64,000 nt of DNA from Elusimicrobia bacterium RIFOXYA2_FULL_39_19. Its GTDB lineage: Bacteria; Elusimicrobiota; Endomicrobiia; CG1-02-37-114; XYA2-FULL-39-19. Location of the stretch: contig MGVC01000075.1 of assembly GCA_001800285.1 (NCBI GenBank), forward strand, positions 19,058-83,057. The letters are read 5' to 3'. The translations under genes were made by a program, and so were the position numbers. The notes below the pieces were generated by a model. The model did no database searches, was not told where the DNA came from, and saw only the letters and a list, made by a program, of their open reading frames with translations. Positions within the stretch are counted from its first letter, which is position 1, and every line of letters starts with the position of its first letter. Positions 51,553 through 60,776 of this stretch are shown here, piece by piece.

Positions 51553-53118
51553 ATGATTAAAAAAATCTCTCTTAATTCATTCCTTAAAGTTTCTTTTGTA
51601 TCCCTGATAATTTACAACATTTTGCTTATATTCTACTTTGCCTGGAACGGCGAATCAGAATACATTATGACAGCCAAAGGTATACTTGAAGGATTTCTTC
51701 CGTTTGTTTTTTCAGGATCCCACAAAACGCCTGCCACCGGTTTTTTTATGGCCTTTGTTTTCTACTTCCTTCCTTATAATGTATTTGTTATGCGTTTTGC
51801 AGTTATGGCAGTTAATCTGGTTACCATGGCATTACTTTGGAAAACAGCCGAATCTTTTAATTTTAAGAATGAAGTAAAATGGCTGATAATTATTCTTTAT
51901 TACATTACTCTCATTCTTTTTGGCGGCACAGACCTGCGCGCCGAAACTTTTATGGCATTTTTTGCTCTTTTGTCTTTTGATATTTATATTAACAACAAAT
52001 CAATTATTTTAAAACCAGTTAACAACCTCATTCTTATAGGCATACTCATATACATTACCTTTCTTTTCAAACAGCCCGGATTGCTTTACTTATTCGGGTA
52101 CATTGTATTTTTTATTTTAATGGTATTTTTAGGAAGGGAAAAACCCGTAAATGCCTTAAAAAGAATAATCGTGGTGTCATTTACTACTGTCGGCTGTATA
52201 GGGCTTTTCTTTTATTTCTATCATACTATGGGGTTGGCAGGTTTAGTCTATGACAATATATTTCCTCAGGTAGTTAATGCCTATCCTATGGGTTTTAGCC
52301 TGAAATACCTGGTTAGATTTTTTACAGATCAGTTTCCATTGTTCTGGTTTTTATTTTTTCTCGGTACAATTACGGTTTTAAAAAGCTTAAAAAATGAAAA
52401 AAATGAAAAAATTATTCTTCTTTTTATGCTTGCTTATTTTTCTCTTTCAATAAATATTCAACGGTTCTGGAATTATTATACACTTATGGCTCTTCCATTC
52501 CTTATATTAATAGCGGGTTTTGGTATCAGGGCTGTTTCAGAATCTGCTTTATTTGAAAAATATAAAAAAACTGTTATAATAATATTGATTTTACTGGCAT
52601 CACCCGCTCTATTAAGAATGGGCCTTAACACAGCAAGATTTTTTTATTTTTTTGCAAAGGAATGCCCTGCTTCAGCAGACTTCAAGGCTTCCGGCAACCC
52701 TTTATCTGCTTATAACATCTGGCATGATTTAGCATTAGCAAAAAAAATAAGAGTAAGTTCTGCAGACAGAGAAATTCTTGCCATGTATAATGACCACAGG
52801 TATTATTTTCTTGCAGACAGATTTCCGCCAAACAGGAACATTATACCTCCTGCGCCGAATTTTGATGCAGATATGGCGAATGCAGTAATATCAAAGAATA
52901 TTCGCAGCATAATAATCCTTGATTATAAAAGTTTTGATATGAAAAGCCCGGTAGGCGAAGTAATAACAAAATACTTTCCAAAAAAAGAAGTTTTACGTAA
53001 TTCGCCTACACAGGTAATCAGGTTTTACAGAGATGTACCCGCGGCACTTTTCACCAACGCACGCTGGGATATGACAAAATTAGACTGGGTTTTAAACAGT
53101 CAGGAAATTAAAAAATGA
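51553..53118 (+). CDS. Polytopic membrane glycosyltransferase, GT-C fold (ArnT/PMT family-39-like)
   Basis: About 11-13 hydrophobic helices. The first-loop acidic motif (NGESEYIMTAKGILEG) resembles the DE..Y...A motif of ArnT/PMT_2 enzymes. A C-terminal ~150-aa soluble domain is present. Family assignment is by architecture and motif only. Confidence 0.55.
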   Translation: MIKKISLNSFLKVSFVSLIIYNILLIFYFAWNGESEYIMTAKGILEGFLPFVFSGSHKTPATGFFMAFVFYFLPYNVFVMRFAVMAVNLVTMALLWKTAESFNFKNEVKWLIIILYYITLILFGGTDLRAETFMAFFALLSFDIYINNKSIILKPVNNLILIGILIYITFLFKQPGLLYLFGYIVFFILMVFLGREKPVNALKRIIVVSFTTVGCIGLFFYFYHTMGLAGLVYDNIFPQVVNAYPMGFSLKYLVRFFTDQFPLFWFLFFLGTITVLKSLKNEKNEKIILLFMLAYFSLSINIQRFWNYYTLMALPFLILIAGFGIRAVSESALFEKYKKTVIIILILLASPALLRMGLNTARFFYFFAKECPASADFKASGNPLSAYNIWHDLALAKKIRVSSADREILAMYNDHRYYFLADRFPPNRNIIPPAPNFDADMANAVISKNIRSIIILDYKSFDMKSPVGEVITKYFPKKEVLRNSPTQVIRFYRDVPAALFTNARWDMTKLDWVLNSQEIKK

Positions 53119-53654
53119 GCCAGCATATATTAATGACATCAAAAGAAATGAATTCGGCAATTGAAAAAATGGCCGATGACATTATAAAGTCCGAAAAAGA
53201 CATGAAAAATGTGGTTCTTATAGGCATAGTAACCCGCGGGGTATGCCTGGCGGAACGCCTGGTAAAAACAATAAAGAAAAAAACAAAAATAGAGCCGGGT
53301 ATAGGCAGTCTGGACATTACATTCTACCGTGATGATATCGGCTCCATTGCCACCCAGCCGCTGGCCAAAGAAACCCAGATACCTTTTGATCTTACCGATA
53401 AAAAAATTATTTTAGTAGATGATGTCATCTTTACCGGCAGAAGTACCCGCGCGGCGCTTGACGGGCTTATGGATTATGCGCGGCCCAGGTCAATACAGCT
53501 GGCAGTATTAGTTGAAAGAAAACACCGGGAGCTGCCCATCCAGGCAGATTATGTAGGAAAAAAAGCAGCCACAAAGTACGACGATAAAGTACAGGTCTAC
53601 TTGAAAGAAACAGACAAAATTGATAAAGTGGTAGTGTATGAAACTAAAAACTAA
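53115..53654 (+). CDS. pyrR: Bifunctional pyrimidine operon regulator / uracil phosphoribosyltransferase PyrR
   Basis: 179 aa. [24 protein letters not shown], and the PRPP loop [19 protein letters not shown] are all PyrR hallmarks. ATG overlaps the upstream stop (ATGA). Confidence 0.9.
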   Translation: MSQHILMTSKEMNSAIEKMADDIIKSEKDMKNVVLIGIVTRGVCLAERLVKTIKKKTKIEPGIGSLDITFYRDDIGSIATQPLAKETQIPFDLTDKKIILVDDVIFTGRSTRAALDGLMDYARPRSIQLAVLVERKHRELPIQADYVGKKAATKYDDKVQVYLKETDKIDKVVVYETKN

Positions 53655-54594
53655 GGACCTTCTTGGTTTAGAGTATCTTTCCAAAAGCGATATAGAACTT
53701 ATTCTTGATACAGCCAACCCGTTTAAACAGTTATTTACCCGCTCCATAAAAAAAGTCCCTACCTTAAGAGGAAAAACAGTTGTCCTGCTTTTCTTTGAAC
53801 CGTCCACCAGAACCAGAACCTCATTTGAACTTGCCGCCAAAAGACTTTCAGCAGATACCATAAATATTGCCGCCGCCACTTCCAGCGTAGTAAAAGGCGA
53901 AAGCCTTATAGATACCGGCAAAACCTTTGAAGCCATGAAATCAGATTTCATGATTATCCGTCACAGTATGTCCGGCGCTGCACACGTGCTTGCAAGAAAC
54001 GTTTCTTCCAGCGTTATAAACGCCGGCGACGGTTTTCATGAGCATCCTACACAAGGGTTGCTTGATATATTTACCATTCGCGAAAAAAAGGGAAAAGTAA
54101 AAGGCCTCAAAGTAGTAATAGTAGGTGATATTATGCACAGCCGCGTAGCCCGTTCAAACATCTGGGGCCTTACAAAACTTGGTGCGGATGTTACCGTTTG
54201 CGCACCGCCTACACTTATTCCTCCGGATATTCAGAAAACAGGTATAAAAGTAAGTTATAACCTGGATGAAGCCATGAGAGACGCTGATGTGGTAAACGTA
54301 TTAAGGCTTCAGCTGGAAAGACAGAAAGACAATTTATTCCCATCACTGAGAGAATATACGTTATTATACGGTTTAGATAAAACCAGAGTGAAAAAAGCAA
54401 AGAAAGACCTTTTAATTATGCACCCGGGACCCATGAACCGCGGTATAGAAATCACTTCCGAAGTGGCAGACTGCCCGCAGTCAGTAATAAATGAACAGGT
54501 AACCAACGGCATAGCCGTACGCATGGCGGTGCTTTACCTGCTTGCGGGAGAAGAAGGCGTACCGCCGGGCCAGCAGATTAATGATAAGGAATAA
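53638..54594 (+). CDS. pyrB: Aspartate carbamoyltransferase catalytic subunit
   Basis: [13 protein letters not shown] (carbamoyl-phosphate site), [24 protein letters not shown]. Overlaps pyrR by 17 nt. Confidence 0.93.
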   Translation: MKLKTKDLLGLEYLSKSDIELILDTANPFKQLFTRSIKKVPTLRGKTVVLLFFEPSTRTRTSFELAAKRLSADTINIAAATSSVVKGESLIDTGKTFEAMKSDFMIIRHSMSGAAHVLARNVSSSVINAGDGFHEHPTQGLLDIFTIREKKGKVKGLKVVIVGDIMHSRVARSNIWGLTKLGADVTVCAPPTLIPPDIQKTGIKVSYNLDEAMRDADVVNVLRLQLERQKDNLFPSLREYTLLYGLDKTRVKKAKKDLLIMHPGPMNRGIEITSEVADCPQSVINEQVTNGIAVRMAVLYLLAGEEGVPPGQQINDKE

Positions 54595-54601
54595 CATACA
54601 A

Positions 54602-55900
54602 ATGAGCAAAACTATCATAATAAAAAACGGCCGTGTAATTGACCCTTCGCAAAAACTTGATAAAGTTTCGGATGTATTAATAAGCGATGGTAAAATTATT
54701 TCCGCGGGAAAACCTGTAAAAAACAAACCCGGCGCAAAAATTATAAATGCAAAAAACAAAATTGTGGTACCCGGCCTTATAGACATCCATACCCATTTAC
54801 GGGAACCCGGCCACGAAGAAGAAGAAACTATTGCTTCCGGCTGTATGGCGGCGGCTTCCGGTGGTGTAACCAGCATTTGTTGTATGCCAAACACGCATCC
54901 GGTTATTGATAACCAGACCGCAGTAGAATTTATACTGCTTAAAGCCAGAAACGAAGGCATAGTAAATGTTTTTCCCATAGGTTCCGTTACCAAAGGTTCC
55001 CTGGGAGAAGAGCTGGCTGAAATAGGTGAGCTTAAAAAAGAAGGCGTTGTGGCAATTTCAGACGACGGTAATTCCATTATGAACGCCATGGTTATGCGCC
55101 GTGCGCTGGAATACTCAAAAATGTTTGAAATTCCCGTTATAGCCCACTGTGAAGATACCAGCCTTTCAAAAAACGGAGTGATGAACGAAGGATATGTTTC
55201 ATCTCTGCTGGGTTTAAGAGGCATCCCCAAAGAATCTGAAGAAGTTATGGTATCGCGTGACATTATTTTAGCAGGGCTTACAAAAGGTTACCTGCATATA
55301 GCGCATGTCAGCACAAAAGGTACCGTTGACCTTATAAGAAACGCAAAAAAGTCAGGCGTAAATATTACCGCAGAAACCTGCCCTCATTATTTTGTTCTTA
55401 CGGACGAATGCGTAAAAAACTATGATACTAACACAAAAGTAAAACCTCCTTTAAGAACCAAAGAAGACCAGCAGGCAATTATAGAAGCTTTAAGAGACGG
55501 CACTATAGACTGTATAGCTTCTGACCACGCTCCGCATACAATAGAAGAAAAAAATAAAGAATATGACCTGGCGCCCTTCGGGCTTATCGGGCTTGAAACC
55601 ATACTTCCTTTAACCATCACCTATCTGGTAAAAACAAAAAAACTTACTCTTATGCAGGCTATAGATAGGCTTACGCGCTGTCCTGCAGAAGTATTGAACC
55701 TTAAAAACCGCGGCACCTTGAAACCCGGCAGTATAGCGGATGTATCAATAATAGACATCGAAAAAGAGGATACTATAAAGGAGTTTGTGTCTAAAAGCAA
55801 AAACTCTCCTTTTCTTGGATGGAAACTCTCAGGATTCGCCGTCACCACAATAGTCGGCGGTAAAGTAGTAATGGATAATGGTAAAATTATATCAGGCTGA
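54602..55900 (+). CDS. pyrC: Dihydroorotase
   Basis: Start set at ATG 54602 (MSKTIIIKNGRVIDP), 7 nt after the pyrB stop; the track's upstream start would overlap pyrB. Metal ligands and motifs: DIHTHLREPG, DDGN, HCED, HIAHVST, ASDHAPH. Confidence 0.92.
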   Translation: MSKTIIIKNGRVIDPSQKLDKVSDVLISDGKIISAGKPVKNKPGAKIINAKNKIVVPGLIDIHTHLREPGHEEEETIASGCMAAASGGVTSICCMPNTHPVIDNQTAVEFILLKARNEGIVNVFPIGSVTKGSLGEELAEIGELKKEGVVAISDDGNSIMNAMVMRRALEYSKMFEIPVIAHCEDTSLSKNGVMNEGYVSSLLGLRGIPKESEEVMVSRDIILAGLTKGYLHIAHVSTKGTVDLIRNAKKSGVNITAETCPHYFVLTDECVKNYDTNTKVKPPLRTKEDQQAIIEALRDGTIDCIASDHAPHTIEEKNKEYDLAPFGLIGLETILPLTITYLVKTKKLTLMQAIDRLTRCPAEVLNLKNRGTLKPGSIADVSIIDIEKEDTIKEFVSKSKNSPFLGWKLSGFAVTTIVGGKVVMDNGKIISG

Positions 55901-56738
55901 TGTTGAAATCATTGAAAATAAGCACCTCACCCCGGTTCACAAACTCCTAGCATTCAATAGTAAACAGATTGCAGCACACCCCATTCCAGGTAAATTCATC
56001 ACCATAGACCTCGGACAATTCTTCAGAAGGCCTTTTTGTATTGCGGGTGTTAACGGCACTAAAATAGACATTCTTTACCGCATAATAGGCCCCGGCACAG
56101 AATACCTTTCAAAACTAAAAAAAGGCGATAAAATAAATGTTTTTGGCCCCCTGGGTACCGGTTACAGCCCGCTGGCAAAAGACGTTTTACCTGTTTTTGT
56201 TTCCGGAGGCACAGGCATAGCTTCCTTAAGATACCTGGCGCAGACTCTTAATAAGCCGGGTTTGTTGTTTTACGGAGCAAAAACCAAAAAAGAAATTGTC
56301 GGCCTTGAACTGTTTAAGAAAAAGAAATGGAAAATAATACTTTCTACAGATGACGGGTCCCTGGGAAGTAAATGCAATGCCTGTGATTTATTTAACCGTT
56401 ACCTATCAACATATAAACTTAATAACTTATCATCTGTAGTATTCGCTTGCGGGCCCAAACCCATGATGAAAGGTATTTCAGCTAAAGCCAAAGAAAAAGG
56501 TATGAAATGCTATGTTTCCCTGGAAGAAAAAATGGCCTGCGGTGTGGGCGCATGCAGGGGCTGCGTAGTGAAAGTTACAAATCTCAAATCTCCCGCATTT
56601 CAAGAAAAGGCGGGATCTCGTCTGATGATGCAAGACGGACAAATCAAAAATCAAAGTATTAACAACATAGAATTTGATTATAAGGCCTGCTGTAAAGACG
56701 GGCCTGTATTTGATTCGGCAGAATTGCTCTGGGATTAG
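55878..56738 (+). CDS. pyrK: Dihydroorotate dehydrogenase B electron-transfer (FAD/2Fe-2S) subunit
   Basis: Ferredoxin-reductase-like fold (RPFCIAG, GPLGTGY, VSGGTGIASL). Terminal 2Fe-2S motif is MACGVGACRGC....CCKDGPVF. It contains an unusually long insert between the third and fourth Cys ligands. Overlaps pyrC by 23 nt. Confidence 0.88.
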   Translation: MVKLYQADVEIIENKHLTPVHKLLAFNSKQIAAHPIPGKFITIDLGQFFRRPFCIAGVNGTKIDILYRIIGPGTEYLSKLKKGDKINVFGPLGTGYSPLAKDVLPVFVSGGTGIASLRYLAQTLNKPGLLFYGAKTKKEIVGLELFKKKKWKIILSTDDGSLGSKCNACDLFNRYLSTYKLNNLSSVVFACGPKPMMKGISAKAKEKGMKCYVSLEEKMACGVGACRGCVVKVTNLKSPAFQEKAGSRLMMQDGQIKNQSINNIEFDYKACCKDGPVFDSAELLWD

Positions 56739-56754
56739 GGTTTAGAAGACAATC

Positions 56755-56848
56755 TTAAATTGGAAAATTATAAATTTAAAATTGTAAATTATAAATTTTA
56801 AATTATAGATTAGAAATTGTAAATTTTAAATTAGAAATTTGAAATCAA
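56755..56848. repeat. AT-rich degenerate tandem repeats (AAATTGTAAATT / TTAAATTAGAAATT type) between pyrK and pyrD
   Basis: aaattataaatttaaaattgtaaattataaattttaaattatagattagaaattgtaaattttaaattagaaatttgaaatc. The 12-mer AAATTGTAAATT occurs at 56779-56790 and at 56814-56825. Confidence 0.8.
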
Positions 56849-56857
56849 TAATTCTGT

Positions 56858-56980
56858 CATTCCCGAAACGAATCTGGTCGGGAATGCAGGCAGCGTCCCG
56901 ATATCTTTAGATAAAAGGAAAACATCGGGAATCCATCACGACGTAATTTATAATGACTGGATACTCGCATCCGCGAGTAT
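56858..56980. repeat. Cluster of REP-like palindromes in the pyrK-pyrD spacer
   Basis: - CATTCCCGA (56858-66) pairs with TCGGGAATG (56878-86).
- TCCCGAT (56896-902) pairs with ATCGGGA (56934-40).
- ATACTCGC-atcc-GCGAGTAT (56961-80) is a perfect 8-bp stem with a 4-nt loop.
All three share a (T/A)TCCCG / CGGGAAT-type core. Confidence 0.7.
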
Positions 56981-57055
56981 GACATCTAATTTAAACAGTA
57001 TTAACGTTTATAGGTTAATAAGAAAAAACAGCAAGAAGTTAAACCGGGAATAAAA

Positions 57056-57895
57056 ATGAAATACAAAATAAATTTTGCGGGTATAGAGCTGAAAAACCAG
57101 GTTTTTGTAGCCAGCGGTATTATTGGTTTTGGCGAAGAATACTCAAACGTATTTGATATTAATAAACTTGGCGGCATAATTACAAAAACCATTACCCTAA
57201 AACCCCGCAAGGGCAACGCAATGCCCCGCATTGTAGAAACAGCTTCCGGCATGATAAACACCATAGGCCTTGAAAACCCCGGTGTAGATAAATTTCTTGA
57301 AGAAAAAGTACCCTTTATCCAAAAAAATATAAAAACAGCAGTAATTGTCAGCGTAGGAGGGGAAAGCCCGGAAGAATTTCTGGAAATATTAAAGAAAATT
57401 GAAGGCATCAGCTGTATTTCTGCCGTAGAGCTAAATCTTTCCTGCCCGAACGTGGGCTTAAATAAAGGAATTCAGTTAATCAGCCAGAACCCGCAGGCGG
57501 CCTATAACGTAGTAAATAAAGTAAAAATGAATACCAAATATCCTGTTATTGCCAAACTTACACCCGCAGTAAATGACATAAATGAAATAGCTCTTGCCTG
57601 TGAACGGGCCGGCGCTGACGGCCTGGCTTTAATAAACACTGTGCCGGGATATTCCGAAACTTTCAAAGGCAGCCCCATTATTGGCGGTTTATCCGGCCCG
57701 GCTATAAAACCCGTTGCTTTAAGAGCCGTGTATAATGTTTCCAAAAATGTTAAAATTCCTATTATGGGTGTTGGCGGCATAAATTCTTATGATGATGTTT
57801 TAGATTTTTTTGTAGCGGGCGCAAAAGTAGTGGCAGTAGGCAGTGCAATGTTTAGAAACCCTAATCTTCCGCTGGAAATCATAGCGAAATTATAA
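57056..57895 (+). CDS. pyrD: Dihydroorotate dehydrogenase, class 1B catalytic subunit
   Basis: GIELKNQVFVASG, GGIITKTIT, MINTIGLENPG, ELNLSCPNV (catalytic Cys), GGLSGPAIKPVALR, GVGGI. Confidence 0.92.
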   Translation: MKYKINFAGIELKNQVFVASGIIGFGEEYSNVFDINKLGGIITKTITLKPRKGNAMPRIVETASGMINTIGLENPGVDKFLEEKVPFIQKNIKTAVIVSVGGESPEEFLEILKKIEGISCISAVELNLSCPNVGLNKGIQLISQNPQAAYNVVNKVKMNTKYPVIAKLTPAVNDINEIALACERAGADGLALINTVPGYSETFKGSPIIGGLSGPAIKPVALRAVYNVSKNVKIPIMGVGGINSYDDVLDFFVAGAKVVAVGSAMFRNPNLPLEIIAKL

Positions 57896-57909
57896 AACGG
57901 AGCAAATAA

Positions 57910-58602
57910 ATGGCAAAAATTGTTGTGGCGCTGGATGTAGAAATTCAGGATGCTCATAAATTGATAAAAGTGTTATCAAAAGAAATAGAGTATTATAAAA
58001 TCGGGCACAAACTCTTTACTAATAATCCCGAAATACTAACAGAAATAAACGCTCTGGGAAAAAAGGTATTTCTTGACCTGAAATATCATGACATACCCAG
58101 CGTGGTAGGCCTGGCCATAAAAGCTGTAACAGAAAAATACAAACCTTTTGCCATAACACTGCATACTTCCGGCGGGCCCAAAATGATGCAGGAAGCCGTA
58201 AAAGCAAAAAATGACCTGGCAAAAGACCTTCGCCCGCTTTTATTCGGCGTAACGGTGCTTACCAGTTTGGGTGCAGAAGATTTAAAGGCCTTATACGGTA
58301 TTACTCAGCCTCTTGAAGACGTGGTAATAAACCTTGCAAAAACGGCGCGCACCTGCGGGCTTGACGGTATAGTCTGTTCCGGCAGGGAACTGCCGCTTGT
58401 AAAAAAAGAGTGCGGCAAAGAATTTCTTACCTTAGTGCCCGGCGTACAATTAGCCGCAGAAAATTTCAGAAGTGACCAAAACCGCACTGCCTCTATAGAA
58501 GACCTTGCCGGTATAGGTGATTACTTTGTAATAGGCAGGCAGATTACAGGTGCGTCAAACCCGGCTGAAATGGCAGGAAAAATTCTAAACGCAATTAAAT
58601 AA
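57910..58602 (+). CDS. pyrF: Orotidine-5'-phosphate decarboxylase
   Basis: IVVALDV, YYKIG, the FLDLKYHDIP (DxKxxD) motif, and the C-terminal VIGRQIT phosphate-binding loop. Confidence 0.92.
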   Translation: MAKIVVALDVEIQDAHKLIKVLSKEIEYYKIGHKLFTNNPEILTEINALGKKVFLDLKYHDIPSVVGLAIKAVTEKYKPFAITLHTSGGPKMMQEAVKAKNDLAKDLRPLLFGVTVLTSLGAEDLKALYGITQPLEDVVINLAKTARTCGLDGIVCSGRELPLVKKECGKEFLTLVPGVQLAAENFRSDQNRTASIEDLAGIGDYFVIGRQITGASNPAEMAGKILNAIK

Positions 58603-58764
58603 ATTGTCTAACAACGGGAGAAAAAATGCTGCGGGTAGCGTACTGACAACCTTTGATAAAAAAAGAAAGTCAGGGCTGCGGGTTACGGGTAGTATCCTGA
58701 TATCAAAATGTAAAAGGAAAAATCAGGGTAGCGTATTTTTTACATATGATAATAGGGAGAAAAA

Positions 58765-59364
58765 ATGAACCAGATAGAAATATTAAAGATTTTTGAAGAA
58801 AAAAATGCTTTGCTTTCAGGCCATTTCCTCTTGTCCAGCGGGCTTCACAGCGATAAATATGTGCAGTGCGCGCAGGTGTTGCAGTATCCGGATGCGGCGG
58901 AAAAACTTGCAAAGGAATTAGCAAGTGAGTTAATACAACAATTTAAAAATTTAAATTTAAAATTTAAAATTAGCACTGTTGTTTCGCCTGCCATGGGCGG
59001 TGTGATAATAGGCCAGGAAATGGGCCGCGCCCTTGGCGTACGGGCAATATTTACCGAAAGAGAACAAAGCCTTATGACTTTCCGCAGAGGTTTTAAAGTA
59101 GAAAAAGGCGAAAAAATAATAATAGTTGAAGACGTAATCACCACAGGTAAATCCACAAAAGAAGTGGCTGACCTGCTAAAAAGCCTTGGCGCAGAAATAG
59201 TGTGCGCAGTATCGCTAATTGACAGAACCGGCGGAAAAGCGGACCTGCCGTTTCCTGCTGTAAGCTTGTTAAAACTTGATATAAAAACATATCAGCCGCA
59301 GGACTGCCCGCTTTGCAAAGAAGGCACCACCGCCATAAAACCCGGAAGCCGCGGTTTAAAGTAA
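58765..59364 (+). CDS. pyrE: Orotate phosphoribosyltransferase
   Basis: GHFLLSSGLHSDKYVQCAQVLQ, the PRPP loop IIIVEDVITTGKST, and the C-terminal CPLCKEGTTAIKPGSRG typical of the short PyrE class. RBS GGGAG upstream. Confidence 0.9.
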   Translation: MNQIEILKIFEEKNALLSGHFLLSSGLHSDKYVQCAQVLQYPDAAEKLAKELASELIQQFKNLNLKFKISTVVSPAMGGVIIGQEMGRALGVRAIFTEREQSLMTFRRGFKVEKGEKIIIVEDVITTGKSTKEVADLLKSLGAEIVCAVSLIDRTGGKADLPFPAVSLLKLDIKTYQPQDCPLCKEGTTAIKPGSRGLK

Positions 59365-59370
59365 AAAAAT

Positions 59371-60639
59371 ATGGACATTGAGTTAAAATACGGCCATACA
59401 CACATAAATTTTACCATCAAAGATAAAAACGTTCTTGGTGTTTTAGAACTGCCAAAAGAAAACTTTAATCCTATAGATCCTAAAACAGCCCTGATAGAAG
59501 CTTTAAACAATCCTATCGGCACAAAACCGCTGGCAGAACTTATAAAAGAAAAAAAACCAAAACAAATAGCGGTAATTCTTGAAGATATTACCCGCCCCAA
59601 TCACGATTATCCGCAAATTCTTTCCGGCCTTATAGAAGCGCTTAAAACCTCGGGCATAAAAACAGCCAAATTTATTATTGCTTACGGCACACATAGAAAA
59701 ATGACACCCGAAGAATGCCTGAAAGTTTATGGCGCCGAAGTACAGGCCTTTGGAGAATTGCTTCACCACAGCTGTGACAACAAGGCTTCCCTTGCAGCCA
59801 TAGGCAAAATGTCAAACAGCGTAATGCTGGAAATAAACAAAACCGTGGCTGAATCAGACTTTATCATCACTACAGGAAACATAGAGCCTCACACCTTTGC
59901 CGGTTACGGCGGAGGCAGAAAGGCCATTCTGCCGGGTGTTTCTTCCCGGGAAACTATTACCGCTAATCACGCGCAGGTAACATCTGACTATGCGTGTTTC
60001 GGCATGCTGGACAAAAACCCAATCCACATTGGCATGCTGGAAGCGGCCAATCTTGCCGCAAAAGGCAAAACATTATTTCTAATGAACCTGGTGCGCAACG
60101 ATAAAAAACAACTGCTTAAATATTTCTGCGGAGATTTAGAAAAAGCGTTTAATGCCGGGGTAGAGTTTTCCCAAAAAACACATACAGTACCGGTAAATAA
60201 ACTTTCAGATGTAACCATAGTTTCCAGCGGCGGCGCGCCTAAAGACTATAACCTTTACCAGGCGCAGAAATCCATAAATGCGGCGGCGCTGGTAACGCGC
60301 AAAAGCGGTACCATAGTACTGACAGCCCAGTGCAGAGACGGCGCAGGGCAGGAAATCTTTGCCAGCTGGATGCAGAAATATTCCATAGATGAAATTCTGT
60401 CAAAAAAAGAATTTGAAATAGAAGTTGAGGGCCACCGCGCCTATCTGACAGCAAAAATACTTAAAGATATTGAAATATTAGTAATTAGCGACATGCACTG
60501 TGATAAAGTAAAAGGCATGAAATTCACTTATTCACAGGATATTAACCAGGCACTGGATTATGTTACAACAAAACATGGCGAAGATTTCAAGGCTTACATC
60601 ATACCTAACGGCGCCGCCATACTGCCAAAAAAAGTATAA
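59371..60639 (+). CDS. LarA-like nickel-pincer-dependent (lactate) racemase family protein
   Basis: EDITRPN, AYGTHRKMTPEE, GNIEPHTFAGYGGGRKAILPG, NPIH, GGAPKDYNLYQAQKS. These match the conserved LarA/DUF2088 blocks as I know them. The substrate cannot be inferred. Confidence 0.8.
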   Translation: MDIELKYGHTHINFTIKDKNVLGVLELPKENFNPIDPKTALIEALNNPIGTKPLAELIKEKKPKQIAVILEDITRPNHDYPQILSGLIEALKTSGIKTAKFIIAYGTHRKMTPEECLKVYGAEVQAFGELLHHSCDNKASLAAIGKMSNSVMLEINKTVAESDFIITTGNIEPHTFAGYGGGRKAILPGVSSRETITANHAQVTSDYACFGMLDKNPIHIGMLEAANLAAKGKTLFLMNLVRNDKKQLLKYFCGDLEKAFNAGVEFSQKTHTVPVNKLSDVTIVSSGGAPKDYNLYQAQKSINAAALVTRKSGTIVLTAQCRDGAGQEIFASWMQKYSIDEILSKKEFEIEVEGHRAYLTAKILKDIEILVISDMHCDKVKGMKFTYSQDINQALDYVTTKHGEDFKAYIIPNGAAILPKKV

Positions 60640-60728
60640 ATAATTAAGTGTCTATTAGAGTAGTGGCCAAGCTTGCTTGGCAAAGATTGTTTGAATATAA
60701 ATAATCAGAAAACAGCAACTCTTATTTT

Positions 60729-60751
60729 CCTTCTCCACTTGCGGGAGAAGG
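60729..60751. repeat. REP-like palindrome CCTTCTCC-acttgcg-GGAGAAGG followed by GCGGGGATGAGGGG
   Basis: Perfect 8-bp stem with a 7-nt loop, in the larA-like/FAD-oxidase spacer. A second hairpin GCCAAG-cttg-CTTGGC lies ~50 nt upstream, just after the larA-like stop. Confidence 0.6.
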
Positions 60752-60776
60752 CGGGGATGAGGGGTCACAAAAACCT

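Noticed and set aside
54481-55263. 260-aa ORF on the minus strand
   Set aside because: It is entirely antisense to pyrC, whose dihydroorotase motifs are unambiguous. Its S/P/I/F-rich sequence has no recognisable motifs, which is typical of a shadow ORF.
17838-56848. Intergenic tandem repeats (17838-17869, 39597-39661, 56755-56848) as CRISPR arrays
   Set aside because: The units are 7-14 bp and directly contiguous with no unique spacers. There are only 3-6 copies and no cas genes in the window.
57001-57408. 135-aa minus-strand ORF, and the similar 63163-63597 minus-strand ORF
   Set aside because: They are antisense to pyrD and hsdM respectively, both of which have unambiguous catalytic motifs on the + strand.
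58945-58985. AAATTT-type low-complexity run inside pyrE (encoding QQFKNLNLKFKIS) as an element insertion like the one in pyrK
   Set aside because: The PyrE segment length at this position looks normal for the short PyrE class. There are no flanking direct repeats or palindromes, so it is probably just AT-rich coding sequence.
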